Position numbers and translations under genes: made by a program. From contig ONFR01000020.1 of the NCBI GenBank assembly GCA_900317125.1, positions 345 through 64,344 on the forward strand: a stretch of 64,000 nt of DNA. The letters run 5' to 3'. Numbering within the stretch: the stretch's first letter is position 1; every line of letters starts with the position of its first letter. Positions 28,511 through 37,145 of this stretch are shown one piece after another. Below the pieces are notes generated by a model that saw only the letters and a program-made list of their open reading frames with translations, was not told where the DNA came from and ran no database searches. This DNA comes from an uncultured Bacteroidales bacterium (GTDB lineage: Bacteria > Bacteroidota > Bacteroidia > Bacteroidales > P3).

Positions 28511-28640
28511 TGTTGATAGGTTAAATCGTTGATAGGTTTATATGTTGATACGTTTATACGACTCGCAACAGATCAACAGATAAACAGATAAACACATTAA
28601 CACATTAACACATTAACACATTCACGAATTAATTATTAAT
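28511..28640. repeat. Repeat element R2b, an 8-bp-periodic palindromic array
   Basis: GTTGATAG GTTAAATC GTTGATAG GTTTATAT GTTGATAC GTTTATAC ... ACAGATCA ACAGATAA ACAGATAA ACACATTA x3 ACACATTC. The two halves are imperfect reverse complements of each other. Confidence 0.8.
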
Positions 28641-28644
28641 TATC

Positions 28645-29127
28645 ATGTCCATCGTACAACATCGTTCATTGAAATCAATCATCAAAGGCATCTGGACCCA
28701 CTCACTCTCAATACTCACCATGTTCACCTTCCCCTACCAAGTGACCGTGGCCTGCCATCGTTTGCGGGGAGTGAAGATTGGCAAACAGTCGCATGTGGCC
28801 CGGGGTGTCATTCTTGACGATAGGAACCCCGACCTAATCGAAATAGGCAAAGGGGTTGCCATCACTTCCGGGGTTATGATTCTATGTCACCAACGCGACT
28901 TGACCGATTACCGTCCGGGCATGTATGCTATGCACTGCCCCTTCAAAGAGGGACGGGTAGTAATTAAAGACGGAGCACACATCGGTATCGGCGCCATTAT
29001 CATGCCTGGTGTGACCATCGGTGAGGGTGCTATCATAGGTGCCGGAAGTGTAGTCACCCACGACATCCCTCCCTACTGCGTAGCCGTAGGCACCCCAGCC
29101 AAAGTCATTCGGGAGTTCAAAGCTTAA
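28645..29127 (+). CDS. Hexapeptide-repeat (LbH) O-acetyltransferase
   Basis: 'GAHIGIGAIIMPGVTIGEGAIIGAGSVVTHDIPPYCVAVGTPAKVI'. Confidence 0.8.
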   Translation: MSIVQHRSLKSIIKGIWTHSLSILTMFTFPYQVTVACHRLRGVKIGKQSHVARGVILDDRNPDLIEIGKGVAITSGVMILCHQRDLTDYRPGMYAMHCPFKEGRVVIKDGAHIGIGAIIMPGVTIGEGAIIGAGSVVTHDIPPYCVAVGTPAKVIREFKA

Positions 29128-29150
29128 ACCCAAATCGGTCATTAGGCCGA
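29128..29150. repeat. Solo copy of the MITE terminal motif AACCCAAATCGGTCATTAGG
   Basis: Same ~20-nt string as the termini of the elements at 42988-43219 and 43239-43564. It lies directly after a stop codon. Confidence 0.6.
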
Positions 29151-29306
29151 CTTTTATATTCTTTCTCGCTTTTTAAGGTCTGTTTATGCCATATCAGCAT
29201 TTCTTTCGGCATCTTGTCCACATCCCTGTCTCGCCGTAGCCCGCTACGCCTTCGACAGCGATGCGGCCAATCTGCTCGAAACAAACCCAGAATCATCTAA
29301 TAAGAA

Positions 29307-30329
29307 ATGAAATATCTGTTTGAACTCAATCATCCCAAACACTACTACCAATTCAAGTATGTGATGCAAATCCTGAAGTCTCAAGGACACGACATTGTTG
29401 TACTTGCTCGAGACAAGGATGTTCTGCTCAACGTACTGGAGGAGGAAGGTATTCCCTATATCGTATTTGGAAAACACCGGAAAAGCATGTGGGCAAAAAT
29501 ATTGGGCACTTTCGGCCTGATGCTCAATTATTGGACTATCACCCGTCGCGAACGCCCCGACGTGATTGTCTCTAAAGCCTCATGGTACGGTACTGCTATG
29601 GCAAAAGCCTTGCATAAGAAATCCGTCATCTTCCCCGATTCCGAAGTGGTGAAAGTGACCAACCGCTATGTAGTGCCGATCTGTAGCCGTGTAGTCACCC
29701 CGCAACCTTTCCAACTCAACTATGGCGCAAAGCACCGCCGCATAGCCGGTATTTTCGAAGACTGCTACCTCTCCCCCACGGTGCTTAAACCCGACAGCTC
29801 GGTAGTGGAGAAATACGGCCTCAGCACTCCTTACGCAATACTGCGCTTTGTAGGATGGCAGGCTAACCACGATGTGGGAAACGGTGGATTCAATTACAAA
29901 CAGAAGAAAGCCCTGGTGGAGGCCATCGCCCGCTACATGACCGTATATATCTCCTCCGAAAAGCCCCTGCCAGAAGAACTATCGGCATATAAACTGCCAA
30001 CACCTGCCAACGCCATACACGATGTTCTCTTCTGCGCCGACCTCTATGTAGGCGATTCCCAGACCATGGCCGCCGAAGCTGCTCTTCTAGGCACTCCAGC
30101 CATTCGGTCCAACACTTTTGTGGGACCTAACGACATGTCGAACTTCATCATGCTCGAAAAAGAATACGGCATGCTCTACAACATTGCCAACCCCGATGAA
30201 GCCATCGAAAAAGCCAGACAATTGGCCGAGCATTCTTGTAAAGAAGAGTGGTTGCTCAAACGCCAACAATACTATTCACATGTAGGCGACACCAATGCCG
30301 CTATAGTCGATTTACTTACCAATCTCTGA
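29307..30329 (+). CDS. DUF354-family protein (GT-B/epimerase-like fold, function unknown)
   Basis: 'MKYLFELNHPKHYYQFKYVMQILKSQGHDIVVLARDKD' is a typical DUF354 N-terminus as remembered. Confidence 0.55.
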   Translation: MKYLFELNHPKHYYQFKYVMQILKSQGHDIVVLARDKDVLLNVLEEEGIPYIVFGKHRKSMWAKILGTFGLMLNYWTITRRERPDVIVSKASWYGTAMAKALHKKSVIFPDSEVVKVTNRYVVPICSRVVTPQPFQLNYGAKHRRIAGIFEDCYLSPTVLKPDSSVVEKYGLSTPYAILRFVGWQANHDVGNGGFNYKQKKALVEAIARYMTVYISSEKPLPEELSAYKLPTPANAIHDVLFCADLYVGDSQTMAAEAALLGTPAIRSNTFVGPNDMSNFIMLEKEYGMLYNIANPDEAIEKARQLAEHSCKEEWLLKRQQYYSHVGDTNAAIVDLLTNL

Positions 30330-30331
30330 TT

Positions 30332-31084
30332 ATGGACTTCACTATCGATAAATACTGCCAATTCCTTGATGCCCTCCTACAGAGCGGCATGTCGTTCAAG
30401 CTGCGGCACGATGTCGACCGGCTCCCGGCAAACTCATTGCGCACCGCTCAGCTAGAAAAGGAAAGGAATATAGCTGCCACCTACTATTTCCGATGCGTTC
30501 CCGAAAGCTACAATCCTGACATCATCAAACAGATAGCCAAATTGGGGCACGAAATAGGCTATCACTATGAATCACTCACAACACGCAAAGGAAACCTCGA
30601 AGAAGCCTTCTTGGACTTCTGTCGAAACCTCGAAGTATTGCGTAGTCTCGCTCCTGTACACACCATCTGCATGCACGGTTCTCCACGCAGTCCTTGGGAC
30701 AGCCGCGACCTATGGAAACATTTCGACTACCACAGCTTGGGAATTGACTATGAGCCATACCTCGACACCGATTTCTCCGACAAGCTATACCTCACTGACA
30801 CTGGAAGACGTTGGGACGGCTACCATGTCAGCTTGCGCGATAAGATACCGCAATACCAAGACCAATGGGACCGCCAAGGTCTTTCCTTCCACACTACCGA
30901 CCAAATCATTGCACAACTGCTCGACCCTGATTCGACCCTTCGTCGTACGGGCTATACACTGCTTATCACCACCCATCCCCAACGCTGGAACCCCTTTGGG
31001 ATGCGCTATTTAACGGAACTAGGCACTCAAACACTGAAAAATGTAGTCAAACACTATCTTATACGAAAAAAAACCAATCATTGA
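30332..31084 (+). CDS. Hypothetical protein, polysaccharide-deacetylase-like
   Basis: 'FKLRHDVDRLP', 'ATYYFR' and 'GHEIGYHY' give a CE4-like pattern. The ATG at 30332 lies 2 nt after the DUF354 stop. Confidence 0.45.
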   Translation: MDFTIDKYCQFLDALLQSGMSFKLRHDVDRLPANSLRTAQLEKERNIAATYYFRCVPESYNPDIIKQIAKLGHEIGYHYESLTTRKGNLEEAFLDFCRNLEVLRSLAPVHTICMHGSPRSPWDSRDLWKHFDYHSLGIDYEPYLDTDFSDKLYLTDTGRRWDGYHVSLRDKIPQYQDQWDRQGLSFHTTDQIIAQLLDPDSTLRRTGYTLLITTHPQRWNPFGMRYLTELGTQTLKNVVKHYLIRKKTNH

Positions 31085-31137
31085 ACACAATAAAAAACAC
31101 CCCATATCCGTTTTAAATCTAATACACGCCCAATACA

Positions 31138-31920
31138 ATGAAAACACAAAGAACTCTGCTTCTAGCAGCCCTTGTTGCGACGCTCGCCTTCACCTCTTGC
31201 GTCACCCCCAGTCAAGTCAACTACCTCCAAGACATGCGCCACGGTAGCCAGATAGAACTGGAAAACAAATTCCAGGCAATTATATGCCCCTACGACGAAC
31301 TTGACATCTATGTTTTTGGACCCGTCGACGATGAGAAAGTCACAAAACCTTTCAACATCGGAAGCAACACCATCAACGGCTACACCACCAACCGCCGCGG
31401 TGCCTACCTCGTTGATGTCAACGGCGACATCCAGTTCCCTGTCCTTGGACAAATCCACGTCGCAGGCCTCACCCGACTCCAGCTTCAGGACACCATCCAG
31501 AAACGCCTTGCCGAACAGCACCTCCTTACCCAGCCTGTCGTCATGGTACGTTTCGCCAATTTCAAAATATTCTTCCTCGGTGCCGAAGGTGGTAAATCCA
31601 TCACCATCACCAACGAGCGCTGCACCTTCCTCGAAGCACTTGCCCTCTGCGGCGACCTCAGTGTATACACTAACCGAAACAAGATTGCCGTCATGCGTGA
31701 AATCGACGGCAAGATGGTGATGCGTTATCTTGACCCGCGTTCCTCCTCGGTATTCCAAGACCCCTTCTTCATGTTACAGCAGAACGACTTCATCATCACA
31801 CAGAACTACAACACCTCCACCACTCGCCAGGAAGCCCGTAACTTCGTAACCATGTGGGTCTCCACAGCCATGTCCACCATCACCCTCGTACTCACAGTAA
31901 TCAACCTCCTCAACAAATAA
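31138..31920 (+). CDS. wza: Outer-membrane polysaccharide export protein (Wza/OPX family lipoprotein)
   Basis: Lipobox 'LAFTSC'. Poly_export-like 'YLVDVNGDIQFPVLGQIHVAGLTRLQLQDTIQKRL' and an SLBB-like segment. Confidence 0.8.
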   Translation: MKTQRTLLLAALVATLAFTSCVTPSQVNYLQDMRHGSQIELENKFQAIICPYDELDIYVFGPVDDEKVTKPFNIGSNTINGYTTNRRGAYLVDVNGDIQFPVLGQIHVAGLTRLQLQDTIQKRLAEQHLLTQPVVMVRFANFKIFFLGAEGGKSITITNERCTFLEALALCGDLSVYTNRNKIAVMREIDGKMVMRYLDPRSSSVFQDPFFMLQQNDFIITQNYNTSTTRQEARNFVTMWVSTAMSTITLVLTVINLLNK

Positions 31921-32056
31921 CACAAACAAGTGACAGAGAGCCATCGGTAGAATTGAAAGCGAGCCTGAGCATATTACCATTCATACGCAATAACTCCTCA
32001 CCCGTACCGCCATTTTCTACCGCCAAATCTTATTAAAATAAAAAAACACCAACAAT

Positions 32057-34552
32057 ATGGACGACAACAGCAGCAAAACACAGCGGACGCAGACCGACCT
32101 GTCATTCCTCGACGACAAGCAGTCCATCTCATTCCACATCAAGGACATCATATTCTTGATACTCCGCAATATACATTGGCTCATCATCTTCGCGGCATTA
32201 GGAGGTGTGGTTGCCAACCTCTACGCACGCCGTCAGGAGAAATCCTATGAAAGCTCCGCCAAAATTCTGATCCGTGCCGGAAACGACATCAACGTCAGCG
32301 ACAACGACACTCGCGAAGCTACCATTCGCACTGCCCTGGGACTGCGTTCGTTCTTCTCCAGCACCATAAACAACGAGATTATGATTCTCACCTCCAAATC
32401 CACAATCCAGAGAGCGGTAGAGGATCTCCATCTCAATGTAAAATATTCGACCAAGACCCGCCTTATTCACCGAGACAAGGATCTCTACAACACTTCACCC
32501 GTCGAAATCGAACTGCTCGATGACAACGAAGGTTTCAAACTGCCCGGCCGTCTTACCATCAAAATCCTCGATAAAAGTCACGTACTCCTCTGCACTCCGG
32601 GTCACCACGCCTTATATATCCCTGTCGACAAGACTGTCATCACCCCGCTCGGCAAACTCGTCATCCACAAAACATGGGCTTTCGAAGACGACTACATCGG
32701 ACAGGAGATTTTTGTTGAGAACCTGGATCCCGTGGCTGTGGCCGAATACTACCGCGCCCGTCTTGTCGTGCGCCGCAATGACGACCGCAACACCATCCTC
32801 AACCTCACCATGCGCGACCCCTCGCCGGAACGCTGCGCCGACTTCATCAATGCTGTCATCCGCGTCTACAACGACGGTGCCGTTAACGATAAGAAACGCA
32901 TCATCTCCGACACCTACAACTACATCAACGAACGTATCAACATCATTAGTGGCGACCTCGATGCACAAGAGTCAGCCATGGCCAACTACCGCAGCAGCAA
33001 CGATGTAGTCACCTCCGCCACCGTGGGCGAAAGATACATCTCCGCCAGCATCTCCTCCAACAACGAAATCAACCGTATGCAGTCGGAACTCGAGATGGTA
33101 CGTACCCTTCTCAACGCCATCCGCTCCAACGACGGCAGCCGTGTTATCCCCATCGGAACCGTCACCAACTCCATCATCGTCTCCTACCTCACCAACTTCA
33201 ACCAGCACGCACAAGAAGTGGCCCGCTATCTTGAGAGCGGTATCACCAGCAACCCCATCGCCACACGTGCCATCGAAAACCAACGCCAGCTCCAGCAGGA
33301 TCTCGCCACTATGACCGAAGGCTACATCTCCTCCCTCGAACAACGCATCATGAACGAACGCAACGTTGCCAACACCGCCTCTGCCAAAATGCGCTCCGTC
33401 CCCCAGAAGCAAATCTATCTCGAAGGTATGGAACGCAACCAGAAGATCAAGGAGCAACTTTATGTCTCCCTCCTCACTCGCCGTGAAGAGCTCATGATCA
33501 GCCAGCCCTCTCTCGAAGGCAACGCCAAAATCATCGATGCTGCACAGGTCATCAAACGTCCGGTCTCACCCAACACTCCCCACATCACCTTCATCGGTAT
33601 CATCATCGGACTCCTTCTGCCAGTAGTATACTACATCCTGCGCCGCCTCTTCGACACCCAGGTCAAGAGCTATGCCGACATTGAGTCCTCTATCACCGTA
33701 CCCTTCCTCTGCGAAATCCCGGCCCTTGACGACACCGAAAAACGCGACATCGTCATCACCGACAAAGAACATGAGGGCATTGCCGAATCCTTCCGTCACC
33801 TGCGTTCCAAAATCGACTTTCTCAGCAGCCAGCCTGGACAAGCCAAGACGCTCTTGTTCACATCTCTCATGCCTGGATCCGGCAAAACATTTACCACCAG
33901 TAATCTGGCTGCATGCATCGGCCTTACCGATAAAAAGATACTTATCATCGATATCGACTTGCGCAAAGCCTCCCTCACCCGCCGTTTCTATAGTCGCCAC
34001 AAACCCGGTTTAGTCAACTACCTTACCGGCAAAGTCGACGACATCACATCTCTCATCCAGCACGATGTCATGGCTCCTGGTGTTGATTCTCTCTTCTCCG
34101 GCCCCATCCCGCCAAATCCTGCCGAACTGCTCAGCAATCCCCGCTTTGACCAAGGCATATCCACCCTGCGTTCCAAATACGACTACATCATCATCGACGG
34201 CACGCCGGCTGGCATGGTTGTAGACACCGACATCATCAAACACGTGGCCGACCACACCTGCTTCATGATTCGTGCCCGCAAATTCGACAAACGCTTGCTC
34301 CTCGACGTTGAGCGTCTCTACAAAGAGGAGGCTTTCCCCAATATGTGCATCATTCTCAACGATGTCAAATACGAGAAGCAGCCCATCTATGGCCGCCGCT
34401 ATGGTTACGGCTATGGCTACGGTTATGGCTATGGCTACGGCTACGGTTATGGCTATGGTTACGGCTATGGCAATCCCAACGAAAGCCTGAGCGACGAGGA
34501 ACCTCAGGAGAAGAAAGGACCTCTCTCCTGGCTCAAATTCAAGAAAAAATAA
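32057..34552 (+). CDS. wzc: Polysaccharide co-polymerase / BY-tyrosine kinase (Wzc-like, PCP-2a)
   Basis: N-terminal Wzz/GumC-like domain between two TM segments, a long coiled periplasmic region, kinase Walker A 'SLMPGSGKTFTTSNLA', 'IIIDGTPAG' and a Tyr-rich tail. Confidence 0.85.
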   Translation: MDDNSSKTQRTQTDLSFLDDKQSISFHIKDIIFLILRNIHWLIIFAALGGVVANLYARRQEKSYESSAKILIRAGNDINVSDNDTREATIRTALGLRSFFSSTINNEIMILTSKSTIQRAVEDLHLNVKYSTKTRLIHRDKDLYNTSPVEIELLDDNEGFKLPGRLTIKILDKSHVLLCTPGHHALYIPVDKTVITPLGKLVIHKTWAFEDDYIGQEIFVENLDPVAVAEYYRARLVVRRNDDRNTILNLTMRDPSPERCADFINAVIRVYNDGAVNDKKRIISDTYNYINERINIISGDLDAQESAMANYRSSNDVVTSATVGERYISASISSNNEINRMQSELEMVRTLLNAIRSNDGSRVIPIGTVTNSIIVSYLTNFNQHAQEVARYLESGITSNPIATRAIENQRQLQQDLATMTEGYISSLEQRIMNERNVANTASAKMRSVPQKQIYLEGMERNQKIKEQLYVSLLTRREELMISQPSLEGNAKIIDAAQVIKRPVSPNTPHITFIGIIIGLLLPVVYYILRRLFDTQVKSYADIESSITVPFLCEIPALDDTEKRDIVITDKEHEGIAESFRHLRSKIDFLSSQPGQAKTLLFTSLMPGSGKTFTTSNLAACIGLTDKKILIIDIDLRKASLTRRFYSRHKPGLVNYLTGKVDDITSLIQHDVMAPGVDSLFSGPIPPNPAELLSNPRFDQGISTLRSKYDYIIIDGTPAGMVVDTDIIKHVADHTCFMIRARKFDKRLLLDVERLYKEEAFPNMCIILNDVKYEKQPIYGRRYGYGYGYGYGYGYGYGYGYGYGYGNPNESLSDEEPQEKKGPLSWLKFKKK
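34400..34471 (+). repeat. In-frame (TAY-GGY)12 hexanucleotide repeat encoding the (YG)12 C-terminal tyrosine cluster of Wzc
   Basis: Twelve consecutive Tyr-Gly codon pairs, with synonymous variation at the wobble positions. Confidence 0.9.
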
Positions 34553-34565
34553 CAATCCCCATACC

Positions 34566-35687
34566 GTGGAACAAGGCAACAACATCACTGTCACCACTCC
34601 GCTCCTGCCCGACCTCGACGAGTTTAACAACTTGCTGAAAGAGATCTGGGCGAGCAAGTGGATTACCAACAACGGACATTACCACCAACTGTTGGAAGAG
34701 GCATTGTGCCAATACCTTAAAGTTCCATACATCAGTCTCTTCACCAACGGCACACTGCCATTGCTCACTGCCCTCCAGGCGCTCCACATCCAAGGCGAAG
34801 TCATCACCACCCCCTACAGCTTTGTAGCCACCACCCACAGCATCTGGTGGAATGGGCTCACTCCCGTCTTCGTCGATATCGACCCTTCCAACTGCGGCAT
34901 CGACCCCGACAGGATTGAGGCAGCCATCACTCCTCGCACCTCCGCCATCATGCCCGTCCATTGCTATGGGAAACCCTGCGATGTTCAACGCATCCAACAG
35001 ATAGCGGACCGCCATGGATTGAAAGTGATATACGATGCCGCACATGCTTTCGGTGTGGAGACCGACGGCCAGTCCATCCTCCAATGGGGCGACATGTCCA
35101 CGCTCAGCTTCCACGCCACCAAAGTGTTCAACACCGTAGAGGGGGGTGCGCTGATCTGCCACGATGCTGCCACCAAAAAGCATATCGACTACCTGAAGAA
35201 TTTCGGGTTCGAAAACGAGACCGAAGTAGTAGCCCCTGGCATCAACGGCAAAATGGACGAAATACGTAGTGCCTATGGTCTCCTCAACCTCGCCAAAGTC
35301 GATGCGGCCATCGAACACCGCCACCAAGTAGCCATCCGCTACCGCGAAGCGCTGCGAAACGTTCCCGGCATACGCTTTTTCGACGATATGCCAGGAGTAA
35401 GACACAACTACAGCTACTTCCCCATCTTCGTTAACGCCGACGAGTATGGAATGTCGCGCGACAAACTCTACGAAACGCTCCGTCAACACGGCATCCTTGG
35501 TCGCCGCTACTTCTATCCGCTCATCAGCACTTTCGGCGACTACCGCCACTTACCCAGTGCCAACCCCGACAATCTGCCCGTAGCCACACGCATCGCCGAC
35601 GAAGTGATCTGCCTGCCCATGCACCACGAATTGACCGACCAAGAGCAACAACGGATCCTCGACATCATCATCTCTATAGTCCATTAG
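34566..35687 (+). CDS. DegT/DnrJ/EryC1-family PLP-dependent sugar aminotransferase
   Basis: 'TTPLLPDLDEF', 'ITTPYSFVATT' and 'LSFHATKVFNTVEGGALI' (PLP lysine). Apparent GTG start. Confidence 0.8.
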   Translation: MEQGNNITVTTPLLPDLDEFNNLLKEIWASKWITNNGHYHQLLEEALCQYLKVPYISLFTNGTLPLLTALQALHIQGEVITTPYSFVATTHSIWWNGLTPVFVDIDPSNCGIDPDRIEAAITPRTSAIMPVHCYGKPCDVQRIQQIADRHGLKVIYDAAHAFGVETDGQSILQWGDMSTLSFHATKVFNTVEGGALICHDAATKKHIDYLKNFGFENETEVVAPGINGKMDEIRSAYGLLNLAKVDAAIEHRHQVAIRYREALRNVPGIRFFDDMPGVRHNYSYFPIFVNADEYGMSRDKLYETLRQHGILGRRYFYPLISTFGDYRHLPSANPDNLPVATRIADEVICLPMHHELTDQEQQRILDIIISIVH

Positions 35688-35688
35688 G

Positions 35689-36324
35689 ATGCAGAACTCA
35701 CTGATAATACTGAAATCCACCCTCAGCCGACTGCCTTCATACTACTGTCTAATCGAGGAATACCATGCTGAAGGTGAAGAATATGTATCGGCCACAACCA
35801 TTGCGGAGAGCCTTTCTATCAATCCCGTTCAAGTACGCAAAGACCTGGCAAGCATCTGCTCCGAGCCCGGCCGTCCCAAACGCGGATTCAAGGTTGAGAC
35901 GCTGCTCAACGACCTTAAAATGTATCTAGGCTACAATCACTACGACGAGGCTGTACTCGTGGGTGTTGGAGCCTTGGGCCATGTGCTGATGCAATATGGC
36001 GGATTTGCCAACTATGGACTGGGAATCGTGGCCGGGTTCGATAAAGTCGTTCACGAGAAGAAAATAGGCGACAAACCAATTCTGCCTATCGAGAAACTGA
36101 CGTCATTCCTTCGCCGAACCCATATCAAGATAGGAATTATTGCCGTTCCCGCCACCGAAGCACAAGGGGTGGCCGACCTGCTGGTTGCCGGGGGAATCAA
36201 AGCCATCTGGAACTTCGCTCCCACTACCATCAACCTTCCTGACCACATACTGGTCAAAAACGAAAACCTTGCCGCCTCGCTTGCTGCCCTTACTGCGGAA
36301 TTATTGCGACGCAACGGCAAATAA
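35689..36324 (+). CDS. rex: Redox-sensing transcriptional repressor Rex
   Basis: 'RLPSYYCLI', 'VSATTIAESLSINPVQVRKDLAS' (wHTH), 'LVGVGALGHVL' (Rossmann) and 'IGIIAVPATEAQGVADLLVAGGIKAIWNFAP'. Confidence 0.85.
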   Translation: MQNSLIILKSTLSRLPSYYCLIEEYHAEGEEYVSATTIAESLSINPVQVRKDLASICSEPGRPKRGFKVETLLNDLKMYLGYNHYDEAVLVGVGALGHVLMQYGGFANYGLGIVAGFDKVVHEKKIGDKPILPIEKLTSFLRRTHIKIGIIAVPATEAQGVADLLVAGGIKAIWNFAPTTINLPDHILVKNENLAASLAALTAELLRRNGK

Positions 36325-36535
36325 CAGCAATCCCCTAGTACTCTAAACGATTACATTTCAATCCTTCGGGCAACCATATAATCAGGGGTAAATTAGTTCC
36401 AAAATTCATTCTCAAGTGCATTTTTTAGGTAATTAATTCGATAAAAAAAGTGTGATATGTGAAAAATATCATCCTACATATCAACTATATGGAAAGAAAT
36501 AACTAAAAAAAATTGTGTATGTGGTGTTTATTTTG

Positions 36536-36543
36536 TAATTTTG
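36536..36543 (+). promoter_or_regulatory. -7 box (TAATTTTG) of the hydrogenase operon
   Basis: TAnnTTTG within a ~500-bp AT-rich spacer. It leaves a ~280-nt leader before the ATG at 36827. Confidence 0.5.
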
Positions 36544-36826
36544 CAACCCGAAAGAACACTCGAGGACATTGAAAAAATCCAATATGGATGAAATAATGCA
36601 AACAACATAAACGGACATCAAAAAGTGAACCTACAATAATCGTTACTCCCCCGTACAGCTTCCACACCTCAAACTAAACAAACCACTTAGCCTCTACTTC
36701 CCCTTCTCTATTCAGCCATTCAATCATGATGTTCATTTAGTTTCAGCGCAAGAAAAGAAAATATCGGCCAAGCACGACAACAAACTGATGCCAACCTTGG
36801 CCTTTTAATAATTCAAACAAGACAAT

Positions 36827-37126
36827 ATGACTATTAAAGTTTGTGTGGGCAGTTCATGCCACTTAAAAGGCTCTTACGACGTGATAGAAGCCTTCAAAGA
36901 AGTGCTTAGGAAATACGACGTAGAGGATATCGTGGAATTGCAGGCCAGCTTCTGTCTGGGGCACTGCGCTCGTGGCGTTACTGTACGCTGCGAAGACGGT
37001 GAGCCCGTTGCACAGGACCCCCGCGTCGAGATCTGCGACGACTGCTTCATCATTCACGATGTAAACGCTCAGAATGCCGAGGAGCTGTTTGCCAACGAGA
37101 TCTATCCCAAACTGAATTTAAACTAA
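36827..37126 (+). CDS. Thioredoxin-like [2Fe-2S] ferredoxin (NuoE/HndA-like domain)
   Basis: 'CVGSSCHLKGS' and 'FCLGHCARG' give the Cx4C...Cx3C ligand pattern. Confidence 0.7.
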   Translation: MTIKVCVGSSCHLKGSYDVIEAFKEVLRKYDVEDIVELQASFCLGHCARGVTVRCEDGEPVAQDPRVEICDDCFIIHDVNAQNAEELFANEIYPKLNLN

Positions 37127-37145
37127 GTCACGAGAATCACTCTGT

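Noticed and set aside
22601-28640. Possibility that the short periodic repeats are CRISPR arrays
   Set aside because: The units are only 7-8 nt and directly abut each other with no spacers. No cas genes are present in the window.
34539-35549. 336-aa ORF on the minus strand
   Set aside because: Antisense to the DegT-family aminotransferase gene.
36453-36480. Rex operator call (TTGTGAA-N4-TTCACAA type)
   Set aside because: Only one good half-site (TGTGAA) is present and the second half is poor. It is kept as a hypothesis inside a finding and is not annotated as a feature.
36584-36610. Tiny upstream ORF (MDEIMQTT) in the hydrogenase operon leader
   Set aside because: It is too short to support from sequence alone and could easily arise by chance in AT-rich DNA.
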